DNA of 64,000 nucleotides from the NCBI GenBank assembly GCA_965197585.1, contig OZ240215.1, forward strand, positions 2,688,001 to 2,752,000, given 5' to 3'. The translations under genes were made by a program, and so were the position numbers. This document shows positions 1 through 9,284 of this stretch, in pieces. The notes below the pieces were generated by a model. It saw nothing but the letters and a program-made list of their open reading frames with translations. It was not told the DNA's origin and searched no databases. Source of the DNA: Dehalococcoidia bacterium (GTDB lineage Bacteria > Chloroflexota > Dehalococcoidia > Plut-88900). How positions within the stretch are numbered: the stretch's first letter is position 1; every line of letters starts with the position of its first letter.

Positions 1-596
1 AAATTCAAATCCAGAGATTGGCCCGCAATCCCGAACTACTGAACACTCCGGAAGGAAAGCGTGAAGTAGCCACGCCATCTCGGGAGCAGATGGAAGAAGA
101 CTTCGCCTGGTTTAAAGAGTGGACCAAAGAAGCAGGCAACGATGTCATATATTGGGACACGGGCTCCCAGTGCCCGGAGTTTCTGATATCAGGTGAAGTC
201 GACATGTGCACCGCCTGGAACGGCAGGATATTCGATGCCCAACAAACGGGAGCACCTCTAAGGATCTGCTGGGAGTGCGGATTCATGACGGGCACAGGCG
301 GATGGACTATTGCGAAGGGCCTAAAGGAGCAGGACCCGGTAAGGTACGAATTGGCAAATCTCGTGGTTGCCTGGGCGACCTTTCCGCAGAACAACGTGAG
401 GATGGCCCAGTTCATCACCTACGGTCCCATTAACAAGAAATCATTCGTCTACATGGATGCTCCGGAGTACGACGCTGTACGGGATGAGCTGCCTACATCG
501 GGGGCAAACATCCCTTACTCCATTCTGTGGGACGAGATCTGGCTTGGAGAAAACCTAGACTGGGCCAACGAGCAGTACATAACAGCAACCCAGTAA
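1..596 (+). CDS. ABC transporter substrate-binding protein, PotD/PotF (polyamine)-like; 5'-truncated by the window edge
   Basis: Motifs 'L.SGEVDM..AWNGR', 'W.I.KG' and 'ITYGPINKK' are typical of the PotD-like family C-terminal half. Confidence 0.75.
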   Translation, partial: IQIQRLARNPELLNTPEGKREVATPSREQMEEDFAWFKEWTKEAGNDVIYWDTGSQCPEFLISGEVDMCTAWNGRIFDAQQTGAPLRICWECGFMTGTGGWTIAKGLKEQDPVRYELANLVVAWATFPQNNVRMAQFITYGPINKKSFVYMDAPEYDAVRDELPTSGANIPYSILWDEIWLGENLDWANEQYITATQ

Positions 597-653
597 CAGA
601 TCTTGGGCCGGAGGTTGAGGCCTGCGGCATCTCGTAGCGGCCTACTCTTGATC

Positions 654-693
654 GAGAGGCCCCGGAACTGAATATTCAGTTCCGGGGCCTCTC
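654..693. terminator. Perfect 40-bp palindrome after the SBP gene; probable terminator hairpin
   Basis: gagaggccccggaactgaat|attcagttccggggcctctc, followed by pyrimidine-rich cttgtcttt. Confidence 0.6.
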
Positions 694-753
694 CTTGTCT
701 TTCAGTCAAAGGGTTGGCCTACTGTGCCGTGACATTGCTATCGTATGACTAAT

Positions 754-783
754 TTGACAAGCCGCGTCTGCGGATAGTAACGT
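754..783 (+). promoter_or_regulatory. Putative sigma70-type promoter of the trp leader
   Basis: TTGACA (754-759), 18 nt spacer, TAACGT (778-783), directly upstream of T-box stem I. Confidence 0.5.
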
Positions 784-810
784 GGCACGCACAAAGAAAT
801 AGACCACAAA

Positions 811-1168
811 GACAGTGAACGGGAGTAGTAAGCCTCAAGCGGGGGCCAGAGAGTCGGGTTAGGTGTGAGCCGACCCCAGCGCAGAGGTTGAATGGGCCCG
901 GGAGTCGCCAACCGAAACCTTGGTGTGAACCAGGAAAGTAGGCTTGGCCGGAGAGGGCACCGTTATCAGGGCCCAGGGTATCTCGTCGGGAGGCATCAGC
1001 GCCTTCCGGTGGACGTACCTGGTTGAGATGTAGTCGGCTGACAGCTTCGATCGCCCCCTTCTTCCGGTAGCATACCGGGACGAAGGGTGAATCGAACGGG
1101 TTGGGGCCGATCAAATTAGGGTGGCACCGCGAGAAACCCCCTCGCCCCTAAGGGCGAAGGGGGTTTTT
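811..1168 (+). promoter_or_regulatory. Trp-specific T-box riboswitch with intrinsic terminator
   Basis: Stem I with AG bulge (cagaga 847-852) and GGTGTGA distal loop; specifier gaaTGG at 893-895 (Trp); AGTA and CCGTTA of stem II/IIAB; T-box AATTAGGGTGGCACCGCG at 1114-1131 (UGGC fits tRNA-Trp G73-CCA); terminator ccctcgccc-ctaa-gggcgaagggggttttt. Confidence 0.95.
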
Positions 1169-1188
1169 ATGTCCGAAAGGAATGTGCC

Positions 1189-2661
1189 ATGACCAGCATA
1201 GCAATTAGCAGATACACGCCGGACCTGGCTACCTTGGAAAAGCTATCCGGCCAAGGAACCCTTGTCCCCGTGTACCGGGAGATAGAGGCCGACCTGGAGA
1301 CTCCGGTCTCCGCCTACCTGAAAGTCGCCAGGGGGGACTATTCATTCCTTCTGGAAAGCGTAGAGGGTGGAGAGAGGCTGGCGCGATACAGCTTCATCGG
1401 GACGGAGCCCTACAAGCGGGTTGTTACCGGGCCGGGCCAGACCGACGGAGACGTGGACCCTTTGACGCTTGTCCAGGAAGAGATCGAGAGATCGTCGGTT
1501 GTAAGCGTACCGGGCCTGCCTCGGTTCCACGGCGGGGCTGTCGGGTACCTGAGCTACGAGGCGATGCATCACTACGAGGATGTACCGTCGCCGGAAGTCG
1601 ACACCCTCGGCCTGCCCGAGGCGCTCTTCATGTTCGCCGACACTCTGCTAGTCTTCGACCATGTAAAGCACAGCATCAAGGTCGTCTCTCACGTCCGGCT
1701 GGACGGTGGGGATATATCGTCTGCCTACCAACAGGCCGTAGACAAAATAGACGAGCTGGTGGAGAGGCTTCGGCAGCCCATAGAGCCAGCCCTGGCCTCT
1801 CTGCGGGGTGGGCCCTCAAGCTCCTACTCTACCGAATCCAACCTGACCCAGGAGCAGCACGAAGCGAATGTAAGCGCCGCCAAGGACTACATCCGGGCCG
1901 GGGACATCATCCAGGCCGTACTGTCGCAGAGGTTCTCCCGAAAGACTGACGTCCACCCTTTCAACATCTACCGAACCTTGAGGACGGTGAACCCGTCTCC
2001 CTACATGTTCTACCTGAACATGGGCAGCTTCCAGCTTGTCGGGGCCTCGCCGGAGGTGCTGGTGAGGGAGGAGGAAGGGCAACTGGACTACCGACCACTA
2101 GCGGGAACCAGGCCCCGAGGAAAGGACGACGAGGAGGACATGGCCCTGGAGCGGGAAATGGCGAACGACGAAAAGGACCGGGCGGAGCACATAATGCTGC
2201 TGGACCTGGGTCGGAACGACATTGGGCGGGTGAGCATACCGGGCACCGTGCAGGTGACCCAGCTCATGGACGTAGAACGATACTCCCACGTCATGCACCT
2301 TGTATCCCACGTCCAGGGACGGCTGAGGCCCGACATATCCCCCTACGATGCTGTCTGGTCATGCTTCCCCGCGGGCACCGTTTCCGGTGCGCCCAAGCTC
2401 CGGGCTATGGAGGTCATCGCCGAGCTGGAACCTGACAAGAGGGGGCCCTATGCCGGGTCTGTCGGGTACTTCAGCTTCTCGGGCAACATGGACACCTGTA
2501 TAACCCTCAGGACGATAGTGTTCAGCAACGGGGTGGCCCACTTCCAGTCCGGGAGCGGCATTGTGGCCGACAGCGTGCCCTATTCGGAGTACATGGAGAC
2601 GGTCCATAAGTCCATGGCCATCAGGAGGGCAATCGATGAGGCGGAGGCCAGGTCGTGGTAG
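1189..2661 (+). CDS. trpE: Anthranilate synthase component I
   Basis: FLLES Trp-binding motif, NPSPYM, PLAGTRPRG, AEHIMLLDLGRND, FPAGTVSGAPK. Confidence 0.97.
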   Translation: MTSIAISRYTPDLATLEKLSGQGTLVPVYREIEADLETPVSAYLKVARGDYSFLLESVEGGERLARYSFIGTEPYKRVVTGPGQTDGDVDPLTLVQEEIERSSVVSVPGLPRFHGGAVGYLSYEAMHHYEDVPSPEVDTLGLPEALFMFADTLLVFDHVKHSIKVVSHVRLDGGDISSAYQQAVDKIDELVERLRQPIEPALASLRGGPSSSYSTESNLTQEQHEANVSAAKDYIRAGDIIQAVLSQRFSRKTDVHPFNIYRTLRTVNPSPYMFYLNMGSFQLVGASPEVLVREEEGQLDYRPLAGTRPRGKDDEEDMALEREMANDEKDRAEHIMLLDLGRNDIGRVSIPGTVQVTQLMDVERYSHVMHLVSHVQGRLRPDISPYDAVWSCFPAGTVSGAPKLRAMEVIAELEPDKRGPYAGSVGYFSFSGNMDTCITLRTIVFSNGVAHFQSGSGIVADSVPYSEYMETVHKSMAIRRAIDEAEARSW

Positions 2662-2692
2662 TATTTGACCGGTCATCAGGAGTACGCCGCAT

Positions 2693-3454
2693 ATGAAACT
2701 CGAGGGTAGAGCAGCGATAGTCACCGGGGGCAACCGGGGCATAGGCAGAGCCATTGCACTGGAGTTTGCGCGGCAGGGCGCCGACGTGGCGTTTAACTAC
2801 CGGGGCGATGAGGCATCGGCGAAGGAAACCGCCTCGGAGATAGAGGGCTTGGGACGCAAGAGCTTGGCTCGGCAGACCAACGTCACCGACAACGCTGCCG
2901 TCGAAAGCATGGTGGCAGAGGCCATCGACCTGTTCGGTGCTGTGGACATCCTGGTGTGCAGTGCAGGGGTGGCTTCCAGAGGCAACCACTTAGGAGAGAC
3001 CGAGGCCCGCGAGATGCGTCGGTTGCTGGACGTGCACCTGTTCGGCGCTCTTCACTTCGCAAGGGCTCTACTGCCGTGCATGAGAACACGGGAGCGGAGC
3101 GACGTCCATTTCATCTCGTCCACGTCGCCCTTCAGGAGTGAGGCGGGGCACGGGCCCTACGCCACGGCCAAGGCGTGCGTGGAATCCCTGGCGATGACCA
3201 TGGCTAAGGATGAGCGTCAGCACGGGGTGCGAGTCAACGTGATTGCACCGGGGCTGGTGGAGACGGAGATGGGCAAGCGGCTTGTAAAGGCCACCCAGGG
3301 AGTCGATGACATAAAAGAGATTTACCCGGAATACCCGTTCGGGAGGGTGTGCCAGCCGGAGGACATAGCCAAACTGTCGGCGTTCTTGGCGTCGGAGGAC
3401 GGGGGCTATGTCTCGGGGCACGTGATCCACCTGGACGGGGGAATGTCCCGCTAA
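2693..3454 (+). CDS. SDR family NAD(P)-dependent oxidoreductase (paralog 1)
   Basis: TGGNRGIG; YATAK; VRVNVIAPG. Confidence 0.93.
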   Translation: MKLEGRAAIVTGGNRGIGRAIALEFARQGADVAFNYRGDEASAKETASEIEGLGRKSLARQTNVTDNAAVESMVAEAIDLFGAVDILVCSAGVASRGNHLGETEAREMRRLLDVHLFGALHFARALLPCMRTRERSDVHFISSTSPFRSEAGHGPYATAKACVESLAMTMAKDERQHGVRVNVIAPGLVETEMGKRLVKATQGVDDIKEIYPEYPFGRVCQPEDIAKLSAFLASEDGGYVSGHVIHLDGGMSR

Positions 3455-3478
3455 AAGAAGACTAAGAGGAGACAGACT

Positions 3479-4285
3479 ATGGAACTAGAGGGAAGGGTTG
3501 CGCTGATAACGGGGGCGTCTCGGGGCATAGGGCAGGGGATAGCCAAGTCCATGGCCGAGGCCGGGGCAAACATAGTGGTCAACTACCAGCGAAACAAGGC
3601 GGGAGCGGAGCAGACCGCCAGCGACGTCGAAGCCCTGGGCGCCAAGGCGCTCGTTTACCAGGCCAACGTAAAAAACCTCGATGAGGTGCGGGCGATGGTG
3701 GACAAGGCGGTAGCGACCTTCGGCACGGTGGACATCCTGATCAACAACGCGGGCCAGCACTATTCGAAGTCGGTCATTGCGGATGACGCGTTAGACGTGT
3801 TCCACGACGTAGTCGGGACGCACATTAACGGGTCTTTCTACTGCACCCAGGCTGTGCTTCCCCACATGATGAAAAGGAAAAGGGGAGACATCCACTTCAT
3901 CAGCTCTCTGGCCACCAAGCAGCTGTGGGCGGACGAGTGGGCGTACGCCAGCGTCAAGTCCTGGATGAACACTTTTGTGATGACCACGGCCAAGGAGCTC
4001 AGCTGGCACGGGATCCGGGTCAACGCCATTGCGCCTACCATCGTGGAGTCGGATATGGGTCTGAAACTGGTCATGGACTGGGCAAAGTCGGACGACCCGC
4101 GGAACCTGGACGGGATAGTTCCCTTTGACCGGCTGATCCAGCCCCACGACGTGGGGAACATGTGCACCTGGCTATGCAGCGACAAGGCCAGCCATGTCTC
4201 CGGTCAGGTAATTTATCTCGACTGTGGGATCGGGCCGGCATCGCTCAGGGACTTTGTCACGCCCGAGGCTCGGGCGCAGAGGTAG
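3479..4285 (+). CDS. SDR family oxidoreductase (paralog 2)
   Basis: TGASRGIG; NNAG; YASVK. Confidence 0.93.
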   Translation: MELEGRVALITGASRGIGQGIAKSMAEAGANIVVNYQRNKAGAEQTASDVEALGAKALVYQANVKNLDEVRAMVDKAVATFGTVDILINNAGQHYSKSVIADDALDVFHDVVGTHINGSFYCTQAVLPHMMKRKRGDIHFISSLATKQLWADEWAYASVKSWMNTFVMTTAKELSWHGIRVNAIAPTIVESDMGLKLVMDWAKSDDPRNLDGIVPFDRLIQPHDVGNMCTWLCSDKASHVSGQVIYLDCGIGPASLRDFVTPEARAQR

Positions 4286-4331
4286 GAAATGTCAGTAGTA
4301 GAATTGTTGCTCGATCCCGCATCCCCGCTCC

Positions 4332-4359
4332 AGATTCCTCGCGGGGCCTCGGAATGACA
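4332..4359. repeat. REP-like palindromic repeat, family A (agattcctcgcggggcctcggaatgaca)
   Basis: Near-identical copies at 22746-22773 and 29987-30012. Confidence 0.8.
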
Positions 4360-5178
4360 GTTAATGAAAGCTCGCTGGAGGGCCGGGTCGCCCTTGTCAC
4401 CGGCGGGTCCCGGGGAATCGGCAGGGCCATTTCCCTGGCAATGGCAGAAGCCGGCGCCGATGTCATGGTCAACTATGTCAGCGATGAAGAGTCGGCCGGC
4501 AAAACGGCAGACGAGATAAGAGCGCTGGGCAGAAAGGCCATGATATTCCAGGCCGACGTTGCGGATGCTGATGCCGTGAAGTCGATGGTCGAGGCGGCGG
4601 TGGAGGGGTTGGGTAAGGTGGACATACTGGTATGCAACGCGGGCATCATACGTCGGGATAGCCACGTCTACGAAGCCGACCTTAAGGAGTTCCGAGAGGT
4701 TATAGAAAACCACATTATGGGCGCGTTTAACTGCGTCCAGGCCGTATTGCCGAACATGCGGCAGCAGCCTCGTGGGGACATCCAGCTTATTTCTTCGACA
4801 AACGTGCGGATGCTACCCTTGGGCCTGACCTCTTACAACGTTGCCAAGGCAGGGGTGGAGGTGATGGGACGGGTGCTTTCTAAGGAAGAACGTGATCACG
4901 GGATCAGGGTGAACGTGGTCGGCCCGACAACTACCGAAACGGACATGGCGTCGGGCCTGCTGCAAAGATACGGCTTCTCCAGCTTCAGGGAGGTGGACCC
5001 TTACATGCCCTTCGGGCGGATAGCCCAGCCCAGGGACACGGCTAACTTGTGTGCCTTCCTCGCCTCGGAGGCGGGAGGACACATATCGGGGCAGATAATC
5101 TATGTAGACGCATCGCAGGACAGAAAACCGACGCAGGAGTTCTTCTCGTCGGCGGCGGGACAGAGGAGTGGGATATGA
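4354..5178 (+). CDS. SDR family oxidoreductase (paralog 3)
   Basis: TGGSRGIG; CNAG; YNVAK. Start placed at the in-frame ATG 4354, which aligns with the paralog N-termini. Confidence 0.9.
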   Translation: MTVNESSLEGRVALVTGGSRGIGRAISLAMAEAGADVMVNYVSDEESAGKTADEIRALGRKAMIFQADVADADAVKSMVEAAVEGLGKVDILVCNAGIIRRDSHVYEADLKEFREVIENHIMGAFNCVQAVLPNMRQQPRGDIQLISSTNVRMLPLGLTSYNVAKAGVEVMGRVLSKEERDHGIRVNVVGPTTTETDMASGLLQRYGFSSFREVDPYMPFGRIAQPRDTANLCAFLASEAGGHISGQIIYVDASQDRKPTQEFFSSAAGQRSGI

Positions 5179-5981
5179 GAGTTGAAGGGCGGGTTGCACT
5201 CATTACAGGAGCATCCCGAGGAATCGGGGCGGGGATAGCGAGGTGCATGGCACAGGAAGGTGCGGCGGTAGTTGTGAACTACGTGCAGTCGGAGGCGCTG
5301 GCTAATGAGGTGGTGAAGGAAATCCGGGGCGGCGGCGGGCGCGCTATCGCTATTCAAGCCGACGTGGGGAACTATGCACAGGTGAAGTCCATGGTGGAGC
5401 GCTCGATTGCCGAGTTCGGCAAGGTGGACATATTGGTCAACAATGCCGGCATAGCGGGGCCGTCGGTTCCGATGGCAGACGTTACTCCTGAGGAATTCGA
5501 AGAGGTGGTGAGGAATCACCTGATCGGCTCCTTCAACTGCACCCAATGCCTGCTGCATCACATGCGGGGCCTTGGGCGTGGAGACGTGATCTTCATCTCA
5601 TCACGGCAGACATCCTTCTATCCGCCAAACTCGTCGCCGTACAATGCGGCAAAGGGTGGAATGGACGGCTTGGCCCAGGGGCTGGCTAAGGAGGAACGCT
5701 ACAACGGGATCCGGGTGAACGTAGTTGCCCCGGGCCTGGTTCCGACGGACATCCTGATGAAAGACTTAATGGAGACCACGGGCAAGGACAGCGTAGAGGA
5801 AGTTGACAAGGTCATGCCCTTCGGGCGGATGCTTCGGCCGGAGGACATTGGTAATTTGTGCACGTTCCTCGCCTCTGAACAGGGGAGCCACATCTCCGGG
5901 GAGGTGATCTACGTGCGAGGGGCGGTCGGGGGAGAGCCACCGTCTTTCTACGTGAACGGGCCGAAGCCTTATTACGCTTGA
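5175..5981 (+). CDS. SDR family oxidoreductase (paralog 4)
   Basis: TGASRGIG; NNAG; YNAAK; ATGA overlap with the previous gene; GAGGAG SD. Confidence 0.93.
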   Translation: MRVEGRVALITGASRGIGAGIARCMAQEGAAVVVNYVQSEALANEVVKEIRGGGGRAIAIQADVGNYAQVKSMVERSIAEFGKVDILVNNAGIAGPSVPMADVTPEEFEEVVRNHLIGSFNCTQCLLHHMRGLGRGDVIFISSRQTSFYPPNSSPYNAAKGGMDGLAQGLAKEERYNGIRVNVVAPGLVPTDILMKDLMETTGKDSVEEVDKVMPFGRMLRPEDIGNLCTFLASEQGSHISGEVIYVRGAVGGEPPSFYVNGPKPYYA

Positions 5982-6029
5982 TAGGCCACCCAGGCCTTTA
6001 GGTACACGAGTACAGAATAAAGAGGACAT

Positions 6030-6827
6030 ATGAGACTTGCAGGAAGAGTGGCAATAGTCAGTGGCGGTTCCAGGGGCATTGGGACGGGGATAGCGAAGTG
6101 TATGGCCCGGGAGGGTGCATCGGTAGTGGTGAACTATTTTAAGTCCGAGGGGTCGGCGCACGACGTGGTAAGGGACATTGAGGCGGCTGGCGGGACCGCT
6201 GTGGCCATAAAAGCGGACGTGGGGGACTACAGCGAGGTGGAGGCCATGGTGGAGGAGACAGTCTCGAAGTTTGGGAAACTCGACATCATGGTTGCGAACG
6301 CCGGGACCAAGGGGCACGGGAAGGCGCTCATAGAGCTTACCCACGACGAATTCGCCTACACAATCCGGAACCACCTGATTGGTGCCTTCAACTGCTCCCG
6401 AGCAGCCCTTCCCCACCTTAGGAATGGCGTGAGAGGGGATCTGATACTCATCTCCTCCCGAAGCACGGACATGCTTATGGCCAAGGACTCTGACTACAAC
6501 GCAGCCAAGGCGGCTATCGACGCGCTGGCCAAGGGAGTGGCCAAGGAAGAACGTTATCACGGGGTGCGGGTGAATGCGGTCAACCCTGGGCTCGTGCCTA
6601 CGGACATGGCATGGGGCGGCATCTCCCGGACTACAGGAATGGACACGTTCGAGGAAGTGGACAAGGGGATGCCACTGGGCAGAATGGTCAGGGCGGAGGA
6701 TATCGGGAATCTGTGCGTGTTCCTGGCATCGGAGGAGGGGAGTCACATATCGGGCGAGGTTATATACGTGCGGGCGGCGGTCGGGGCGGAACTTCCGCCC
6801 AACTATCTGCCAAGCTCGGAGGCTTAG
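6030..6827 (+). CDS. SDR family oxidoreductase (paralog 5)
   Basis: SGGSRGIG; ANAG; YNAAK; close paralog of SDR4 (shared EDIGNLC.FLASE.GSHISGEVIYVR). Confidence 0.93.
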   Translation: MRLAGRVAIVSGGSRGIGTGIAKCMAREGASVVVNYFKSEGSAHDVVRDIEAAGGTAVAIKADVGDYSEVEAMVEETVSKFGKLDIMVANAGTKGHGKALIELTHDEFAYTIRNHLIGAFNCSRAALPHLRNGVRGDLILISSRSTDMLMAKDSDYNAAKAAIDALAKGVAKEERYHGVRVNAVNPGLVPTDMAWGGISRTTGMDTFEEVDKGMPLGRMVRAEDIGNLCVFLASEEGSHISGEVIYVRAAVGAELPPNYLPSSEA

Positions 6828-6834
6828 CCAGGCG

Positions 6835-7416
6835 ATGTTAGCCCTGATAGATAACTACGACAGCTTCACCTACAACCTCTACCAATACCTGTGCGAGCTG
6901 GGGCAGGAAGTGGAGGTGGTCCGCAACGACAAGACCACTATCGAGGAAATAACGGGCTGGCAGCCTGAGCGGATCATCGTGTCACCGGGGCCATGCACTC
7001 CCAAAGAGGCTGGTATCTCCGTAGACGTGATCCGGCATTTCGGGCCGCTGCTTCCAGTGCTGGGCGTGTGTCTAGGGCACCAGTGCATCGGGGCGGCGTA
7101 TGGAGGGGTGGTTGGGTATGCGGGGGAGATCATGCACGGCAAGTCGTCGACGATCCATCACGACGGCAAGGGTGTGTACCAGGGACTGCCAAACCCCTTC
7201 GAGGCCATTCGCTACCACTCCCTGGCAATCCAGCAAGAGGATTTCCCCGATTGCCTGGACGTTACCGCTTGGACTGACAATGGGATAATCATGGGGGTGC
7301 GTCACAAGGAATACAGCGTAGAGGGTTTCCAGGCCCACCCGGAGTCGATAATGACGCCCGAGGGCAAGAACCTGCTCAGGAATTTCCTGGGACAGGAAAT
7401 TAAGGTCCCCGCATAA
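6835..7416 (+). CDS. trpG: Anthranilate synthase component II (glutamine amidotransferase)
   Basis: IDNYDSFTYNL, SPGP, GVCLGHQ, RYHSL, HPES. Confidence 0.95.
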   Translation: MLALIDNYDSFTYNLYQYLCELGQEVEVVRNDKTTIEEITGWQPERIIVSPGPCTPKEAGISVDVIRHFGPLLPVLGVCLGHQCIGAAYGGVVGYAGEIMHGKSSTIHHDGKGVYQGLPNPFEAIRYHSLAIQQEDFPDCLDVTAWTDNGIIMGVRHKEYSVEGFQAHPESIMTPEGKNLLRNFLGQEIKVPA

Positions 7417-7420
7417 GCTG

Positions 7421-8434
7421 ATGATTAGAGAAGCCATCGAGAAGCTAATAAGGGGCGCGGACCTCACTCAGGAAGAGGCTGCCCAGGTCATGGAAGAAAT
7501 CATGACCGGAGAGGCCACCCCGGCCCAGTTCGGGGCCTTTGTTATTGGGCTTAGGCTGAAGGGCGAAACTGTGGACGAGATGACGGGCCTCGCAGCGGTG
7601 ATGCGGGACAAGTCGCTTAAGGTCGACTTCAGCGGTCCGTCCGTCGACACCTGTGGAACGGGCGGCGACGACTTGGGCACGTTCAACATCTCCACGGTGG
7701 CGGCATTTGTGGTCGCCGGGGCGGGGATCGCCGTAGCCAAGCACGGGAACCGGGCCATGACTTCCAAGAGCGGCAGCGCTGACGTGCTTGAGAGGCAGGG
7801 GGTCAAGATAGACTTGGGGCCGGAGGGGGTGAAGCGGTGCATGGAGGAGGTGGGAATCGGTTTCATGTTCGCGCCCCGCTTTCATCCCGCTATGAAGTTC
7901 GCCGTACAGCCGAGGAGGGAGATCGGGGTCAGGACAGTGTTTAACATCCTGGGACCGTTGACCAATCCCGCAGGGGCGCAAGCGCAGGTGCTGGGCGTGC
8001 CCACAGACTCGGTGGGAGAGATGATGGTGCAGGTGCTGCAAAGACTGGGCTCGGAGCGGGCTATTGTGGTGCACGCCGAGGACGGGTTGGACGAGATTTC
8101 CCTGAACAGCAACACGAGCGTTTGGGAACTCAGGGACAGGTCGATTAAACACTACAAGATCGGGCCGGACGACCTGGGCCTTGCGCCAGCGTCGCTTCAG
8201 TCGTTGGCTGGGGGATCGGTAGAGGAGAACGCTGACACGATGATGGAAGTTCTGAAGGGGTCGTCGGGGCCGCGGAGGGATGTGGTAGTTGCAAACGCCG
8301 CCGGGGGAATTGTTGCTGGGGGAAAGGCGGCCGACCTCCGGGAAGGTGTGCAGGCAGCCCAGGAGTCCATCGACAGCGGTCGGGCTCTGGAGAAGTTGGA
8401 ACTGCTCAGGAAAGTGAGCCAAGGGCTGGAGTAA
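7421..8434 (+). CDS. trpD: Anthranilate phosphoribosyltransferase
   Basis: DTCGTGGD, NIST, KHGNRAMTSKSGSAD, FNILGPLTNP. Confidence 0.97.
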   Translation: MIREAIEKLIRGADLTQEEAAQVMEEIMTGEATPAQFGAFVIGLRLKGETVDEMTGLAAVMRDKSLKVDFSGPSVDTCGTGGDDLGTFNISTVAAFVVAGAGIAVAKHGNRAMTSKSGSADVLERQGVKIDLGPEGVKRCMEEVGIGFMFAPRFHPAMKFAVQPRREIGVRTVFNILGPLTNPAGAQAQVLGVPTDSVGEMMVQVLQRLGSERAIVVHAEDGLDEISLNSNTSVWELRDRSIKHYKIGPDDLGLAPASLQSLAGGSVEENADTMMEVLKGSSGPRRDVVVANAAGGIVAGGKAADLREGVQAAQESIDSGRALEKLELLRKVSQGLE

Positions 8435-8462
8435 GCCGAGGCGGAGAGTAGATAGCAGGGTC

Positions 8463-9284
8463 ATGGGCAAGACAGGAACGATACTCGACAAGATAGTGGC
8501 AGTGAAGCGTCTGGACCTGGAACGGGCCAAGGCTGAGACACCGCGCTCGGCCCTCGAAGCCCAAGTCTCGATGCTGCCCTCTCCTCGGTCCCTGATCGGG
8601 GCATTGCAATCGGAGGGAGTTGCCCTGATTGCCGAGGTTAAGAAGGCCTCTCCGTCCCGCGGGCTTTTGGCCCCGGACTTCGACCCGGTGGCCCTCGCCC
8701 GAACCTACGCGGAAAACGGTACTGCCGCCATATCCGTACTGACAGAGACACCCCACTTTCAGGGTCGGTTGGAATTCTTAAGGGAGATACGGGAGAACTT
8801 GGGCAGTGGCTGTCCTCCCCTTCTTCGAAAAGACTTTATCTTCGATAAGTACCAAGTCTGGGAGGCTCGGGCCTGGGGAGCCGACGCCATACTTCTGATA
8901 GCGTCCATATTGAAAGAAGATGAGATGGGAGACCTGTTGGCAGCGGCACAATGCTTGGGCATGGACGCCCTAGTAGAGGCGCACACGGAAGCCGAGGTGA
9001 AGGATGCGCTTTCGGCGGGAGCGTCCCTTATCGGGATCAACAATCGGGACCTGGCCACATTTGAGGTGGACCTGGATACGACCCGCAAGCTCAGGCCCCT
9101 GGTCCCGGCGGAGAAGGTAGTGGTAGCAGAGAGCGGGATCTTCACGCGGGACGACGTGGCAATGGTTGCAGAGTGGGGTGTGGATGCGGTGCTAGTCGGG
9201 GAGGGGTTGGTGAAGTCGGGGGACGTGGGAGCGAAAGTGAGGGAGTTGGCCGCGGCGCACCTGGAGACAATTCCCCGTGACTAA
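8463..9284 (+). CDS. trpC: Indole-3-glycerol phosphate synthase
   Basis: IAEVKKASPSRG, LRKDFI, GINNRDL, AESGI. Confidence 0.97.
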   Translation: MGKTGTILDKIVAVKRLDLERAKAETPRSALEAQVSMLPSPRSLIGALQSEGVALIAEVKKASPSRGLLAPDFDPVALARTYAENGTAAISVLTETPHFQGRLEFLREIRENLGSGCPPLLRKDFIFDKYQVWEARAWGADAILLIASILKEDEMGDLLAAAQCLGMDALVEAHTEAEVKDALSAGASLIGINNRDLATFEVDLDTTRKLRPLVPAEKVVVAESGIFTRDDVAMVAEWGVDAVLVGEGLVKSGDVGAKVRELAAAHLETIPRD

